Shown: positions 37,188 through 44,543 of the stretch, piece by piece | Layout of the letters: each line of letters begins with the position of its first letter | Numbering within the stretch: position 1 is the first letter of the stretch | IMG/VR virus record: IMGVR_UViG_3300036851_000176 | Location: 32,001 to 96,000 of that record | Length of the DNA stretch: 64,000 bases | From: a virus | Reading direction: 5' to 3' (one strand) | Translations under genes and position numbers: made by a program | The notes under the pieces: generated by a model | Database searches by the model: none | What the model saw: only the letters and a program-made list of their open reading frames with translations | Told to the model about the DNA's origin: nothing

Positions 37188-37321
37188 GGTTTCGCTGCGA
37201 ACTTGCCGCCCGCCCATTGGGCGACACGGTAGGCGATGCGTTCACGCCAGGTGAGATTGCGCACCTTGCCGCCGTGGAAGCAGACGGTCTTTCCGACGCG
37301 CGTTGCGGGACGAGGGTTCAT
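37184..37321 (-). CDS. Small basic hypothetical protein
   Basis: GGAGG RBS, ATGA overlap. Confidence 0.6.
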   Translation of the reverse strand: MNPRPATRVGKTVCFHGGKVRNLTWRERIAYRVAQWAGGKFAAKP

Positions 37322-37560
37322 TGTGCCTCCGGTTCTGTTGCTCCGGCGAGCCGGAGATTCTTGATCTTGCGGTCGAGGTACCACAGCGCTTTCTCCAGAT
37401 CCTCAACCTCCTGCGCTGGCCCGCCCTTTTTGCCAGCGCGCGAAATGTACTTCACCGTGTTACCTAGGTGGAAGCCCAGACCCCAGTTCTCGATCACCTT
37501 GATCGCTTCGTAGGGATTGTCTCCACCGCCGTAATGGGCGGGGTGTTCGACGGCGCTCAC
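37318..37560 (-). CDS. DUF3310 protein (T7 gp1.7-like nucleotide kinase family)
   Basis: VEHPAHY, EAIKVI, GFHLGNTVKYISRAGKK, EDLEKALWYL. Confidence 0.9.
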   Translation of the reverse strand: MSAVEHPAHYGGGDNPYEAIKVIENWGLGFHLGNTVKYISRAGKKGGPAQEVEDLEKALWYLDRKIKNLRLAGATEPEAQ

Positions 37561-37688
37561 GCAGCCTCCGGCCGAGGTAGCAGGTCGCCGTTCCGGTCGA
37601 TGTCGCCCCAGTCAGCCTGTTCGCGATCTTCCGACTCGAACGAGAGTTGATCCTCGTCACGATCGACATCGATTAGCAGCTGATTCAT
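37557..37688 (-). CDS. Small acidic protein (43 aa)
   Basis: MNQLLIDVDRDEDQLSFESEDREQADWGDIDRNGDLLPRPEAA; AAGGAGG RBS. Confidence 0.65.
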   Translation of the reverse strand: MNQLLIDVDRDEDQLSFESEDREQADWGDIDRNGDLLPRPEAA

Positions 37689-37747
37689 GATCCTCCTTCC
37701 GCCAGGTCTGCTCTTCAAGAGTTGCGCAGCCTAGCAGTCACAGAACT

Positions 37748-38563
37748 TTACAGAGGGAACTCTGTCAGAACTTTTGGCTCGAAATTTACGACGACCGTGT
37801 GCTCGAACTGAGCGGCTAGAGATCCGTCCATCGTCCAGATGGTCCATCCGTCATCTCCGATCTTCACTTCGGGCGATCCGAGAGTGATGATCGGCTCGAT
37901 CGCGAGTGCCTGTCCCTGGTACAACTTGGCAATCTCGCCCGCGTAAAAGTTCGGGATCTGAGGTTCGTCGTGGTACTTGCTGTTGATCCCATGGCCGCAG
38001 AGTGCGCGGACAATTCCGTATCCTCCCTCCTCAACAACAGTCTCGATCGCTCGCGAAATCTGGCCGACCGTGTTGCCGGGTATGCACCTTGTGATCGCGG
38101 CTCTTAGGGCCAGATTGCAGGTGTAGATGAAGCGCTGGACCTCTGCGGATACGCCGCCGATCGAGAAAGTGAAGGCTGCGTCGGCGTGCATCCCGTCCAC
38201 TGTCACTCCCATGTCGAACGTAAGAACGTCTCCGTCCCTGAGCGACCGCGAGTTCGGGATGCCGTGGGACACCATGTCGTTCGGCATGAAGCACGTTGCG
38301 GCCGGGTATGGCTCATGGATCTCTCCTCGGTGGCGGTAGCCCTTGTTGGTCGGCGTCCCGCCAGCGGTTAGAACGAGGCGCTCTACGCGCTCGTCGAGTT
38401 CGGCTGTGGTGATCCCCGCTTTGGCGTGCTCGCGAACATACCGTGCTGCCTCGGACCAGATAGCGCCAGCCCGCGCTTGAGCCGCTGCGCGACGATCAAT
38501 GGATCCTCGTCGCCGTTCGGCTCTCGCGGCTTCCTTCTTCGCCTGGACAGCAGCTCTACTCAC
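37748..38563 (-). CDS. map: Type I methionine aminopeptidase
   Basis: VSHGIP, TFDMG, HADAA, CGHGI, HDEP, AIEP, AQFEHTV: all metal ligands present. Confidence 0.95.
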   Translation of the reverse strand: MSRAAVQAKKEAARAERRRGSIDRRAAAQARAGAIWSEAARYVREHAKAGITTAELDERVERLVLTAGGTPTNKGYRHRGEIHEPYPAATCFMPNDMVSHGIPNSRSLRDGDVLTFDMGVTVDGMHADAAFTFSIGGVSAEVQRFIYTCNLALRAAITRCIPGNTVGQISRAIETVVEEGGYGIVRALCGHGINSKYHDEPQIPNFYAGEIAKLYQGQALAIEPIITLGSPEVKIGDDGWTIWTMDGSLAAQFEHTVVVNFEPKVLTEFPL

Positions 38564-39005
38564 CTGGAGGAAGCGCTAGTTGTCCCTGTTCGAGCCGAGG
38601 GATCAGGATGTCTCCGACCGTCATGCCGCCCTGCGTTTCGATGAACGAGAGGAAAATGTCCTCGAACTTGATCAGACCGAACTGTGCGGCCTTGATCGTC
38701 CCTTCCAGATAGTGAGCCAGCCCTCGCCACGCCTGGCGCTCTCGCTGCTCCTCAGAGACTCTCCAGCCGCCTCTGGTGCCCCTCTCTGGAGCGAGCGGAC
38801 ATACTTCCAGCCTGACTACCTGCTGTAGGGCACCGTCTACGTTATCGATCGGCCAGATGAATCGGACGCGCATTCGAGGTTCGGGACCCCACTCCTCGTC
38901 AAATTGCACGCCGAGCGCTCCGGCCTGTTTGAGGAACCTCCGGATCTGGTCCTTACTCCGTTCGACGGAGACGGACGTGTCTTCGAATGGCGTGCGAGGG
39001 GCCAC
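38556..39005 (-). CDS. Conserved hypothetical phage protein
   Basis: TSVSVERS..QI...QAWR.L...IKA.QFG...FEDIFL. Confidence 0.7.
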   Translation of the reverse strand: MAPRTPFEDTSVSVERSKDQIRRFLKQAGALGVQFDEEWGPEPRMRVRFIWPIDNVDGALQQVVRLEVCPLAPERGTRGGWRVSEEQRERQAWRGLAHYLEGTIKAAQFGLIKFEDIFLSFIETQGGMTVGDILIPRLEQGQLALPPGE

Positions 39006-39157
39006 TACGTGAACAGGTTGTACGCCAGCACGCCGCCAGCGACGGCTCCGAATGCGTAGAGGAACAGGACGAGCGTGTTGAGCAGTGCAGCGATGCGCCA
39101 CCAGCGCCAATAGCCGGGATCGCTACTGCTTCCGTTGGCTTCGATCAGCCCTCTCAT
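39005..39157 (-). CDS. Small membrane protein (50 aa)
   Basis: Hand translation MRGLIEANGSSSDPGYWRWWRIAALLNTLVLFLYAFGAVAGGVLAYNLFT. Confidence 0.6.
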   Translation of the reverse strand: MRGLIEANGSSSDPGYWRWWRIAALLNTLVLFLYAFGAVAGGVLAYNLFT

Positions 39158-39390
39158 GATTCCTCCTCTGGGACGTTTAGCGTGTCGCCGGGGACGATGC
39201 GGACGGTGATGACGAGCGGGCGACCCAACTCCTCATACGTCTTGCGGCCGATGTAGACCGTCTTGTCGTGCGCGCTTCCTTCATCGTTCGAGTACCCGAT
39301 GAATTCGTCTTCTTCCAGAGAGATTTCGAGGACCGACTCGGTAGCAGCGAGTCTGCCTTCGGTGTCGATGTCCATTCTGATTGCACTCAT
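39154..39390 (-). CDS. Hypothetical protein
   Basis: GGAGG RBS before MSAIRMD. Confidence 0.7.
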   Translation of the reverse strand: MSAIRMDIDTEGRLAATESVLEISLEEDEFIGYSNDEGSAHDKTVYIGRKTYEELGRPLVITVRIVPGDTLNVPEEES

Positions 39391-39418
39391 CGTTCCTCCA
39401 GTTGTTCGCGTAGCAAGG

Positions 39419-40072
39419 TCATCTCTTTCGTAGGATCTCCCTAGCCGTGTCTTTCTCTTCGGCCGTGTAAAGAGATGTTCGGACGACGGTGATGTCTCCA
39501 CCGACGTAGTTGTTGAAGGTGATCGCAGCCTGGACGGCCTTGCGCGCGATGGTCTCCGCTTTCGCTTCCGTCACAAGTTCCTGATTCGGATCATCGCCGA
39601 GCCGCTCGTGCAGCACTCCCATCGCGTTCTCCGCTCCGGAGCCGACTGCTTCGTAGGGGAGTCGATGCATGTTGACGGAAAAGTCCGCCTCCACGAGGAA
39701 CAGCGCTCCGCGTACCGCGAGCAAGAACGCCGACTCTCCGAAGCTCTCGACCTGGTTCTCTTCCAAGATGTGCAGGTGACCGTGCATGTGGGTCACGTCG
39801 CGCAAGTAGGGAATGAACTCTCGCACTGCCCAGTATTGCTCGTCCCGGCCCTCGCGAGGCAAGAACGGATCTTCGAGACTGTCGGTCAGGTGGTACGTGA
39901 GGATCTGGCCGAAACGCCCGGAGCCGCAGTATCCGACCGCAAGGGTTTCAAGCAGAGAGTGAACCTTAGGCTGCGTCACGTCCGCCATGCGGTTGTCGTT
40001 GTCCCACGACCACTGTGCGTCAGCGGCGAGAAGGACACCGTTCTTGTGCCTGACTCCGACTACTACCGTCAT
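39419..40072 (-). CDS. Proteasome beta / HslV-like Ntn threonine protease
   Basis: M-T1VVVG...LAAD17...K35V...GYCGS...AVGSG...A.G. Confidence 0.85.
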   Translation of the reverse strand: MTVVVGVRHKNGVLLAADAQWSWDNDNRMADVTQPKVHSLLETLAVGYCGSGRFGQILTYHLTDSLEDPFLPREGRDEQYWAVREFIPYLRDVTHMHGHLHILEENQVESFGESAFLLAVRGALFLVEADFSVNMHRLPYEAVGSGAENAMGVLHERLGDDPNQELVTEAKAETIARKAVQAAITFNNYVGGDITVVRTSLYTAEEKDTAREILRKR

Positions 40073-40365
40073 CCGTCCTCGATCTCCTTGATCCCGCCGT
40101 TGTCCGCCTGAAAGATGAAGCGCTCGTCGCTAGTCGGGAAGTTTACCGCCATAGCCTCCTTTGCCCGCTGAATCCAACCCTTCGACTTGACCGGGCGCAC
40201 GACAATCACGGACAGCAGCCTCGTGTCATCCACGTCGTCGGCAGCCACGTTGCCATAGCCGAGTTCGAGCACTTTGTCGCTGATGCCGAGCGAGAGGCGG
40301 GCGATCTCTTCCGGTCCCCAGTCCTCTTCGGGAACGAAGAGATTGACCTCGATAGCCAGGTTCAC
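40069..40365 (-). CDS. Hypothetical protein
   Basis: Overlaps both neighbours. Confidence 0.7.
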   Translation of the reverse strand: MNLAIEVNLFVPEEDWGPEEIARLSLGISDKVLELGYGNVAADDVDDTRLLSVIVVRPVKSKGWIQRAKEAMAVNFPTSDERFIFQADNGGIKEIEDG

Positions 40366-40862
40366 TCGATCCCCGTTTTCTCTGCACCGGTGAGAGGGTA
40401 TCGTTTGAGCGCTCGACGCATCAGTTCGTCGAAGACGATGCTGGAATCCGCGTCGAACTTCGCTTTGAGTTCGATCAGTTCGCCGTCGTCCAGTTCTTTC
40501 ACAAGGTCGCCGAGGCGATGGAAGTCGGCGCGGATTCCTGTGTTCGGGATCAACTGGATGGCTCGGTCATCCCAGAGTTGCACCATCTGGTAGTCCTTGC
40601 CGTTCGTGATCTCCAACTCCTGCCCGATGTGCTCGATGCACCATTTGCGGATCACATCAGCTACGACGGCGGCGTCGCGACCTTCCTGCTCGCACACTCG
40701 CGCCGTCAGAATCTTGACCGTGCGTCCTTCTTCCAGCCAACGCTTGACGCGCTCGACCATGCGCGGAATCGGCTCTCCGATGTGGAACTCGTCCACCCAC
40801 TTGTCGTACCTCGCGAGGGTGCCATCGAGGTCTACTCCCCACCAGCCAGGAATCTTGCTCAT
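40362..40862 (-). CDS. HAD-family hydrolase (PNK phosphatase-like)
   Basis: VDLDGTL, ILTAR, K, WDDRA. Confidence 0.85.
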   Translation of the reverse strand: MSKIPGWWGVDLDGTLARYDKWVDEFHIGEPIPRMVERVKRWLEEGRTVKILTARVCEQEGRDAAVVADVIRKWCIEHIGQELEITNGKDYQMVQLWDDRAIQLIPNTGIRADFHRLGDLVKELDDGELIELKAKFDADSSIVFDELMRRALKRYPLTGAEKTGIE

Positions 40863-41122
40863 GCGTTCTTGGCGGCGCGCGCCCGCTCGATGTTGGCGCC
40901 GAGGCGCAGGTCATTGGCGATCATCCACTCACGGATGTGCTCGACCAGTTCCTCGGAGTAGCGACGGTCTCCTCGCGAGTTTCGCTGCGGCCGAAGATTC
41001 TCGGGAAGCCGTGGCCCAGATCCAGTGGCGCGCTCCCATTCTCGAAGGCATCGAGGCGTCCGATTGAGCCTTTTCGCCGCCTCGGAGATCGAGAGGAGGT
41101 ACGTTCCCATGGACATCAGCAT
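40859..41122 (-). CDS. MerR-type HTH DNA-binding protein
   Basis: LSISEAAKRLNRTPRCLREWER...PQRNSRGDRRYSEE. Confidence 0.85.
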   Translation of the reverse strand: MLMSMGTYLLSISEAAKRLNRTPRCLREWERATGSGPRLPENLRPQRNSRGDRRYSEELVEHIREWMIANDLRLGANIERARAAKNA

Positions 41123-41213
41123 AGCAGAGGGCTATCATGTCAACTACGGATAACCACAAGGCCACTAGTGACGGTGAGGGCTAGTTGTGGAGGCGCCGTG
41201 GGGTGGGAGTACG

Positions 41214-41260
41214 GGCCATCGTCGCCCGGTCTCGCAGCAGAGGATGGCCTGGTCTGCGAG
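41214..41260. other. Potential H-type RNA pseudoknot
   Basis: Interleaved 7-bp perfect stems GGCCATC/GATGGCC and CTCGCAG/CTGCGAG. Confidence 0.5.
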
Positions 41261-41262
41261 GA

Positions 41263-42696
41263 CTACGTGATCGTGAGGCCCTTGCGCCGGTAGACCCGCA
41301 TGCGCTCCTTCAACTGATTGTCGGAGACGCGGAAGGCGTCGAGGTAGTCGTAAACCACCGGACGCTTTTTCTCGGGGTGGTAACGAGCGATCCGACCGAT
41401 CTGCTGCTCGACCAATCCCTCCTGCCTGTTCGGAAAAGGCAGCACTAGAGTGTCAAGACGAGGAATGTCCAACGCTTCGTCCGCCACGGTCGAAAAGATG
41501 ACGATGTTCCCAGAATCGGCCAGATTCTGTGTCTCCGACCGTTCACGCGTCTCCTCTTTCCCGGACATGCGGTACACATCCTCGGGTCCGATCTCCGCGA
41601 TCACGCGGCGAGCGATGTCGTCGATCTGTTTATGACGACGAGAGATGACGAGGATCGTGCGTCCCTCTTTGTACGCAGAGACGATGTCGCGAGCGACGAT
41701 GTCGTTGCGAGCATCGTCCACGATCAACTCGTTCACGAGCGCTGAGTAGTTGTTGCGATGGATGAGACCCTTCGCCGTGCAGCCACGCTGGGCGTGCTCG
41801 CACGTCATCTCTTCCGTGTTCGGATCCTTGTATGCGCGGTGTGTTGGCAGGAAGTTGTACGTAAAGCCGGTCTCGCGGATCACCACATCTCCCTCCATCG
41901 ACTCCTCGAATTTAAAGACGGTCGGGCCGATCGCCGCTCGAACGAGAGCAGCGCGCCCTTTCTGCTTCTTGGGAGTGGCCGAGAGGCCGACGCGGTATCG
42001 AGAAGGGAAGCGCTGAATGATGTCGTAGAATGTCTCGGCGCTCGCGTGATGACACTCGTCCAGGCAAACCAGGCCCCAGGTCTCCCACCAGCCGTCGAGT
42101 GAGTCTCGCCGCGACCACAAGGTCTGCTGCATGGCGATCGTGAGATCATGCTCGACCCACTTGGCGTCTCCGACGAGACCGACCTCGCTGAGACCAAGAT
42201 GCTCACGCGCCCTTGCCCGCCACTGTTCGGCGATCGTCGTGTTGTTGACGATGATGAGTGAGCGCTGTCCGATGCGCCGGATAGCCTCCAGCATCGTGAC
42301 CGTCTTGCCGAATCCCGGCGGGGCTTGGATCACGCCCTGCGCGAAGTCTTGGATCGCCACAACCGCCGCCTCTTGTTCATCGCGCAGAATCGGGTTCTGC
42401 CACAGGGAGGTCTTGACGGGAGCCGAGGTCATCTCGTTCTCCCACTTGATCTTTGAAGCGAGCACTTCGTCGAGATCGTCTCCCACACCACGCGGGATCA
42501 GGTAGCCGATCTCGGTCTCCCGCCAGAGTTCGATCTTGTCCGGCATATCCTCTGCGCCGTAGACGTGCTCGCGCACCGCACGATCCTTGTCCGGGTTCGG
42601 GATCGTCAACGCGTCGGTGAGACGCGCGATCTGTTCTGGCCGGAGATCCTCGCCGTTCAGCTCGATGTGAGACCTCACACGAGCGCGTACACTCAT
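41263..42696 (-). CDS. Superfamily II DEAD/DEAH-box helicase
   Basis: LRDEQ, PPGFGKT, LDECHH, GLSAT, EALDIP, QQIGRI.R; start MSVRAR. Confidence 0.93.
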   Translation of the reverse strand: MSVRARVRSHIELNGEDLRPEQIARLTDALTIPNPDKDRAVREHVYGAEDMPDKIELWRETEIGYLIPRGVGDDLDEVLASKIKWENEMTSAPVKTSLWQNPILRDEQEAAVVAIQDFAQGVIQAPPGFGKTVTMLEAIRRIGQRSLIIVNNTTIAEQWRARAREHLGLSEVGLVGDAKWVEHDLTIAMQQTLWSRRDSLDGWWETWGLVCLDECHHASAETFYDIIQRFPSRYRVGLSATPKKQKGRAALVRAAIGPTVFKFEESMEGDVVIRETGFTYNFLPTHRAYKDPNTEEMTCEHAQRGCTAKGLIHRNNYSALVNELIVDDARNDIVARDIVSAYKEGRTILVISRRHKQIDDIARRVIAEIGPEDVYRMSGKEETRERSETQNLADSGNIVIFSTVADEALDIPRLDTLVLPFPNRQEGLVEQQIGRIARYHPEKKRPVVYDYLDAFRVSDNQLKERMRVYRRKGLTIT

Positions 42697-43046
42697 CGGA
42701 TTGGTCTGCCCCTTCCCCTCGGCTCCCAGCCGCACTCCAAGATGAAGTCGTCCCACGATCCAAATGCACGGATGCACGTCAGGTACGACGGCCACTTCGT
42801 GCCGGTGACCAACTTCCAGTCCTTCGCAGTCGGGGGAGCACCATGTTGACGCTGCCAGTCGTGGGCTAGATCGATGAGTCTCTGTCGCTTTTTGTCGGCG
42901 ATCGTAGCCACCCGCTCGCCGCGCAGGGATGACAGCACATCCCTGACAAGAGGCGCCACAATGTCCTCGTGTGGCCCTCCCTTCGCCAACTTCATCGCCG
43001 CTTCGAGGCGCGCTTCCGCGTCTGCGATGCGTTCCTTGGCTGTCAT
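42693..43046 (-). CDS. Protein with homing-endonuclease-associated HTH repeat
   Basis: G.PPT.KDW...WPSY.T..R.FGSW...I..CG. Confidence 0.65.
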   Translation of the reverse strand: MTAKERIADAEARLEAAMKLAKGGPHEDIVAPLVRDVLSSLRGERVATIADKKRQRLIDLAHDWQRQHGAPPTAKDWKLVTGTKWPSYLTCIRAFGSWDDFILECGWEPRGRGRPIR

Positions 43047-43070
43047 CGCGGAGTGCTCCATGCTGTTCCC

Positions 43071-43098
43071 ATCATAGGCGACAGAAAACTTCTGTAAA
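43071..43098 (-). promoter_or_regulatory. Putative leftward promoter
   Basis: TTTACA-16-TATGAT. Confidence 0.5.
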
Positions 43099-43167
43099 CC
43101 CCTCTTGCGAAATTTCCCGCCTGCCTGTGTAAGTCTTTGTAAACTCTGTCAGCGGCTCGGAAATACC

Positions 43168-43196
43168 TTGACATCCGGGGTGCTCTCCGCTACAAA
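43168..43196 (+). promoter_or_regulatory. Putative rightward promoter
   Basis: TTGACA-17-TACAAA upstream of the + strand cassette. Confidence 0.6.
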
Positions 43197-43231
43197 CAGT
43201 CTACCCCATACATCAGATGAGGAGGCTCGCC

Positions 43232-43558
43232 ATGAGCATCTTCGCAGACATGAACGTCGTGGTCATGAACCACGCCGTGTATCAGTTTGCTCTGCGATTT
43301 CCCGAAGACAGCCCGACAACGAAGGAGGATCTGACCGACCGAGACCTCCGCTCCATCAAGACATTGATCGAGTCCGAAGTACGAGAAGCGCTTGACCACC
43401 TCAGGATTTCACCCCACAAGCCATCTTCCCTCTTCCCACCAGATGATCCAGCCTGCACATACGCATGGACACCGGCCGAGCTGCGAATCTACGCGCTTAA
43501 GCCGAACTTGGACTGGACCACGTACTACGTCCACACGGTCATGAGGGCCGAGCGATGA
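43232..43558 (+). CDS. Hypothetical protein
   Basis: GAGGAGG RBS before MSIFAD. Confidence 0.75.
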   Translation: MSIFADMNVVVMNHAVYQFALRFPEDSPTTKEDLTDRDLRSIKTLIESEVREALDHLRISPHKPSSLFPPDDPACTYAWTPAELRIYALKPNLDWTTYYVHTVMRAER

Positions 43559-43827
43559 GAGTCGAACTCGGGGACTACGGCACGACGATCATCTTGTCGC
43601 GGCGCAACCTGGAATCTCTGCTCGCGAAACTCGACGGCAACCCTCCCGACTCTGTTTGTGAGATCGGGGCGCCGGACATCTACGGCTCGTTCTCCGTCAA
43701 AGCAGAGGAGAATGGCCCTCACTATGCCCATGAGTCAAGAGGCGACGTGAAGGGCATCGCGGGCCAGATGCACCCGGACACCGAAGGGATCATCGGTCAC
43801 GAGGACGTGGAGGTCGAGAAGTGGTGA
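43555..43827 (+). CDS. Hypothetical protein
   Basis: ATGA overlap; LSRRNL..LLAKLD motif. Confidence 0.75.
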   Translation: MRVELGDYGTTIILSRRNLESLLAKLDGNPPDSVCEIGAPDIYGSFSVKAEENGPHYAHESRGDVKGIAGQMHPDTEGIIGHEDVEVEKW

Positions 43828-44030
43828 TCGCCTACCTGAACGGGTGGCTAGAGTTTCTGATCGGCGTCCCAATCTTCCTCGGAGTCATGCTCGTCATCGG
43901 CCTTCTGATTGCCTATGCCTCCGAGAAGGAAATGGAGCGCCACGTCCGCAAGTTCAAGGAAACGCACGGTCGTGCTCCCGATCCGAACGATCCGGCCGAC
44001 TGGCCCGAACCTCCGAGCATGTGGCCGTGA
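43821..44030 (+). CDS. Small membrane protein
   Basis: One TM helix, overlapping neighbours. Confidence 0.7.
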   Translation: MVIAYLNGWLEFLIGVPIFLGVMLVIGLLIAYASEKEMERHVRKFKETHGRAPDPNDPADWPEPPSMWP

Positions 44031-44236
44031 CCCTTCGCGAGTACGACGTAGCTGTCCTCAATGCCCTGGTAGACCATCCAGAGTGGCGTCGGGGTCAGAC
44101 GTACTTCAACGTCCTCTACGACCTCGATCCGGATCTAGCGAACGAAGTTCGCGGTACGGAGTTCGACCCGTTCTACAACGACAGCATTTGCCCTGATTTC
44201 GCGCGCTGGCTGTACGAGAAAGTTGATCACGGATGA
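44027..44236 (+). CDS. Conserved small phage protein
   Basis: WRRGQTYFNVL...A.EVRGT.FDPFY; GTGA overlap. Confidence 0.75.
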   Translation: MTLREYDVAVLNALVDHPEWRRGQTYFNVLYDLDPDLANEVRGTEFDPFYNDSICPDFARWLYEKVDHG

Positions 44237-44349
44237 AGCGTCGGATCCGCAAGACGATCTTCTTCTTCCGAGTGCGTGCTCAGCGCCGAGGATTGTTCGG
44301 CATCGCTCGCTGGCTCACCTGGCAGGAAGAGAAGTTTCTGACTAAGTGA
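44233..44349 (+). CDS. Small cationic peptide (38 aa)
   Basis: MKRRIRKTIFFFRVRAQRRGLFGIARWLTWQEEKFLTK; 4-nt overlaps at both ends. Confidence 0.55.
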   Translation: MKRRIRKTIFFFRVRAQRRGLFGIARWLTWQEEKFLTK

Positions 44350-44543
44350 GGCACTCTCAGAACATCGGCAAGCGCGAGCGACTAGAGCGCGCGGCCAAGC
44401 GGGGAGAGAAGCAGCACAACCATCGACAGAAGATCCTACAGGGTCGCCTGATGGTGGCCTGGGGCCGTACGATCGAGGAACATGGCATCACGGACTTCAA
44501 TGACTGGGTCAAAGCTGTGAATGCGGGCCGCGTCAGAGGCTGA
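44346..44543 (+). CDS. Hypothetical protein
   Basis: Last gene of + cassette, converges on the tail module. Confidence 0.6.
   Translation: MRHSQNIGKRERLERAAKRGEKQHNHRQKILQGRLMVAWGRTIEEHGITDFNDWVKAVNAGRVRG

Noticed and set aside
41117-41144. Canonical -35/-10 promoter for the MerR-like gene (TTGACA...TATGCT)
   Set aside because: Spacer is only 14 nt; kept only as a possible extended -10 element
41214-41260. HDV-like / theta ribozyme or tRNA
   Set aside because: No room for P3/L3 between the stems, and no cloverleaf or T-loop consensus
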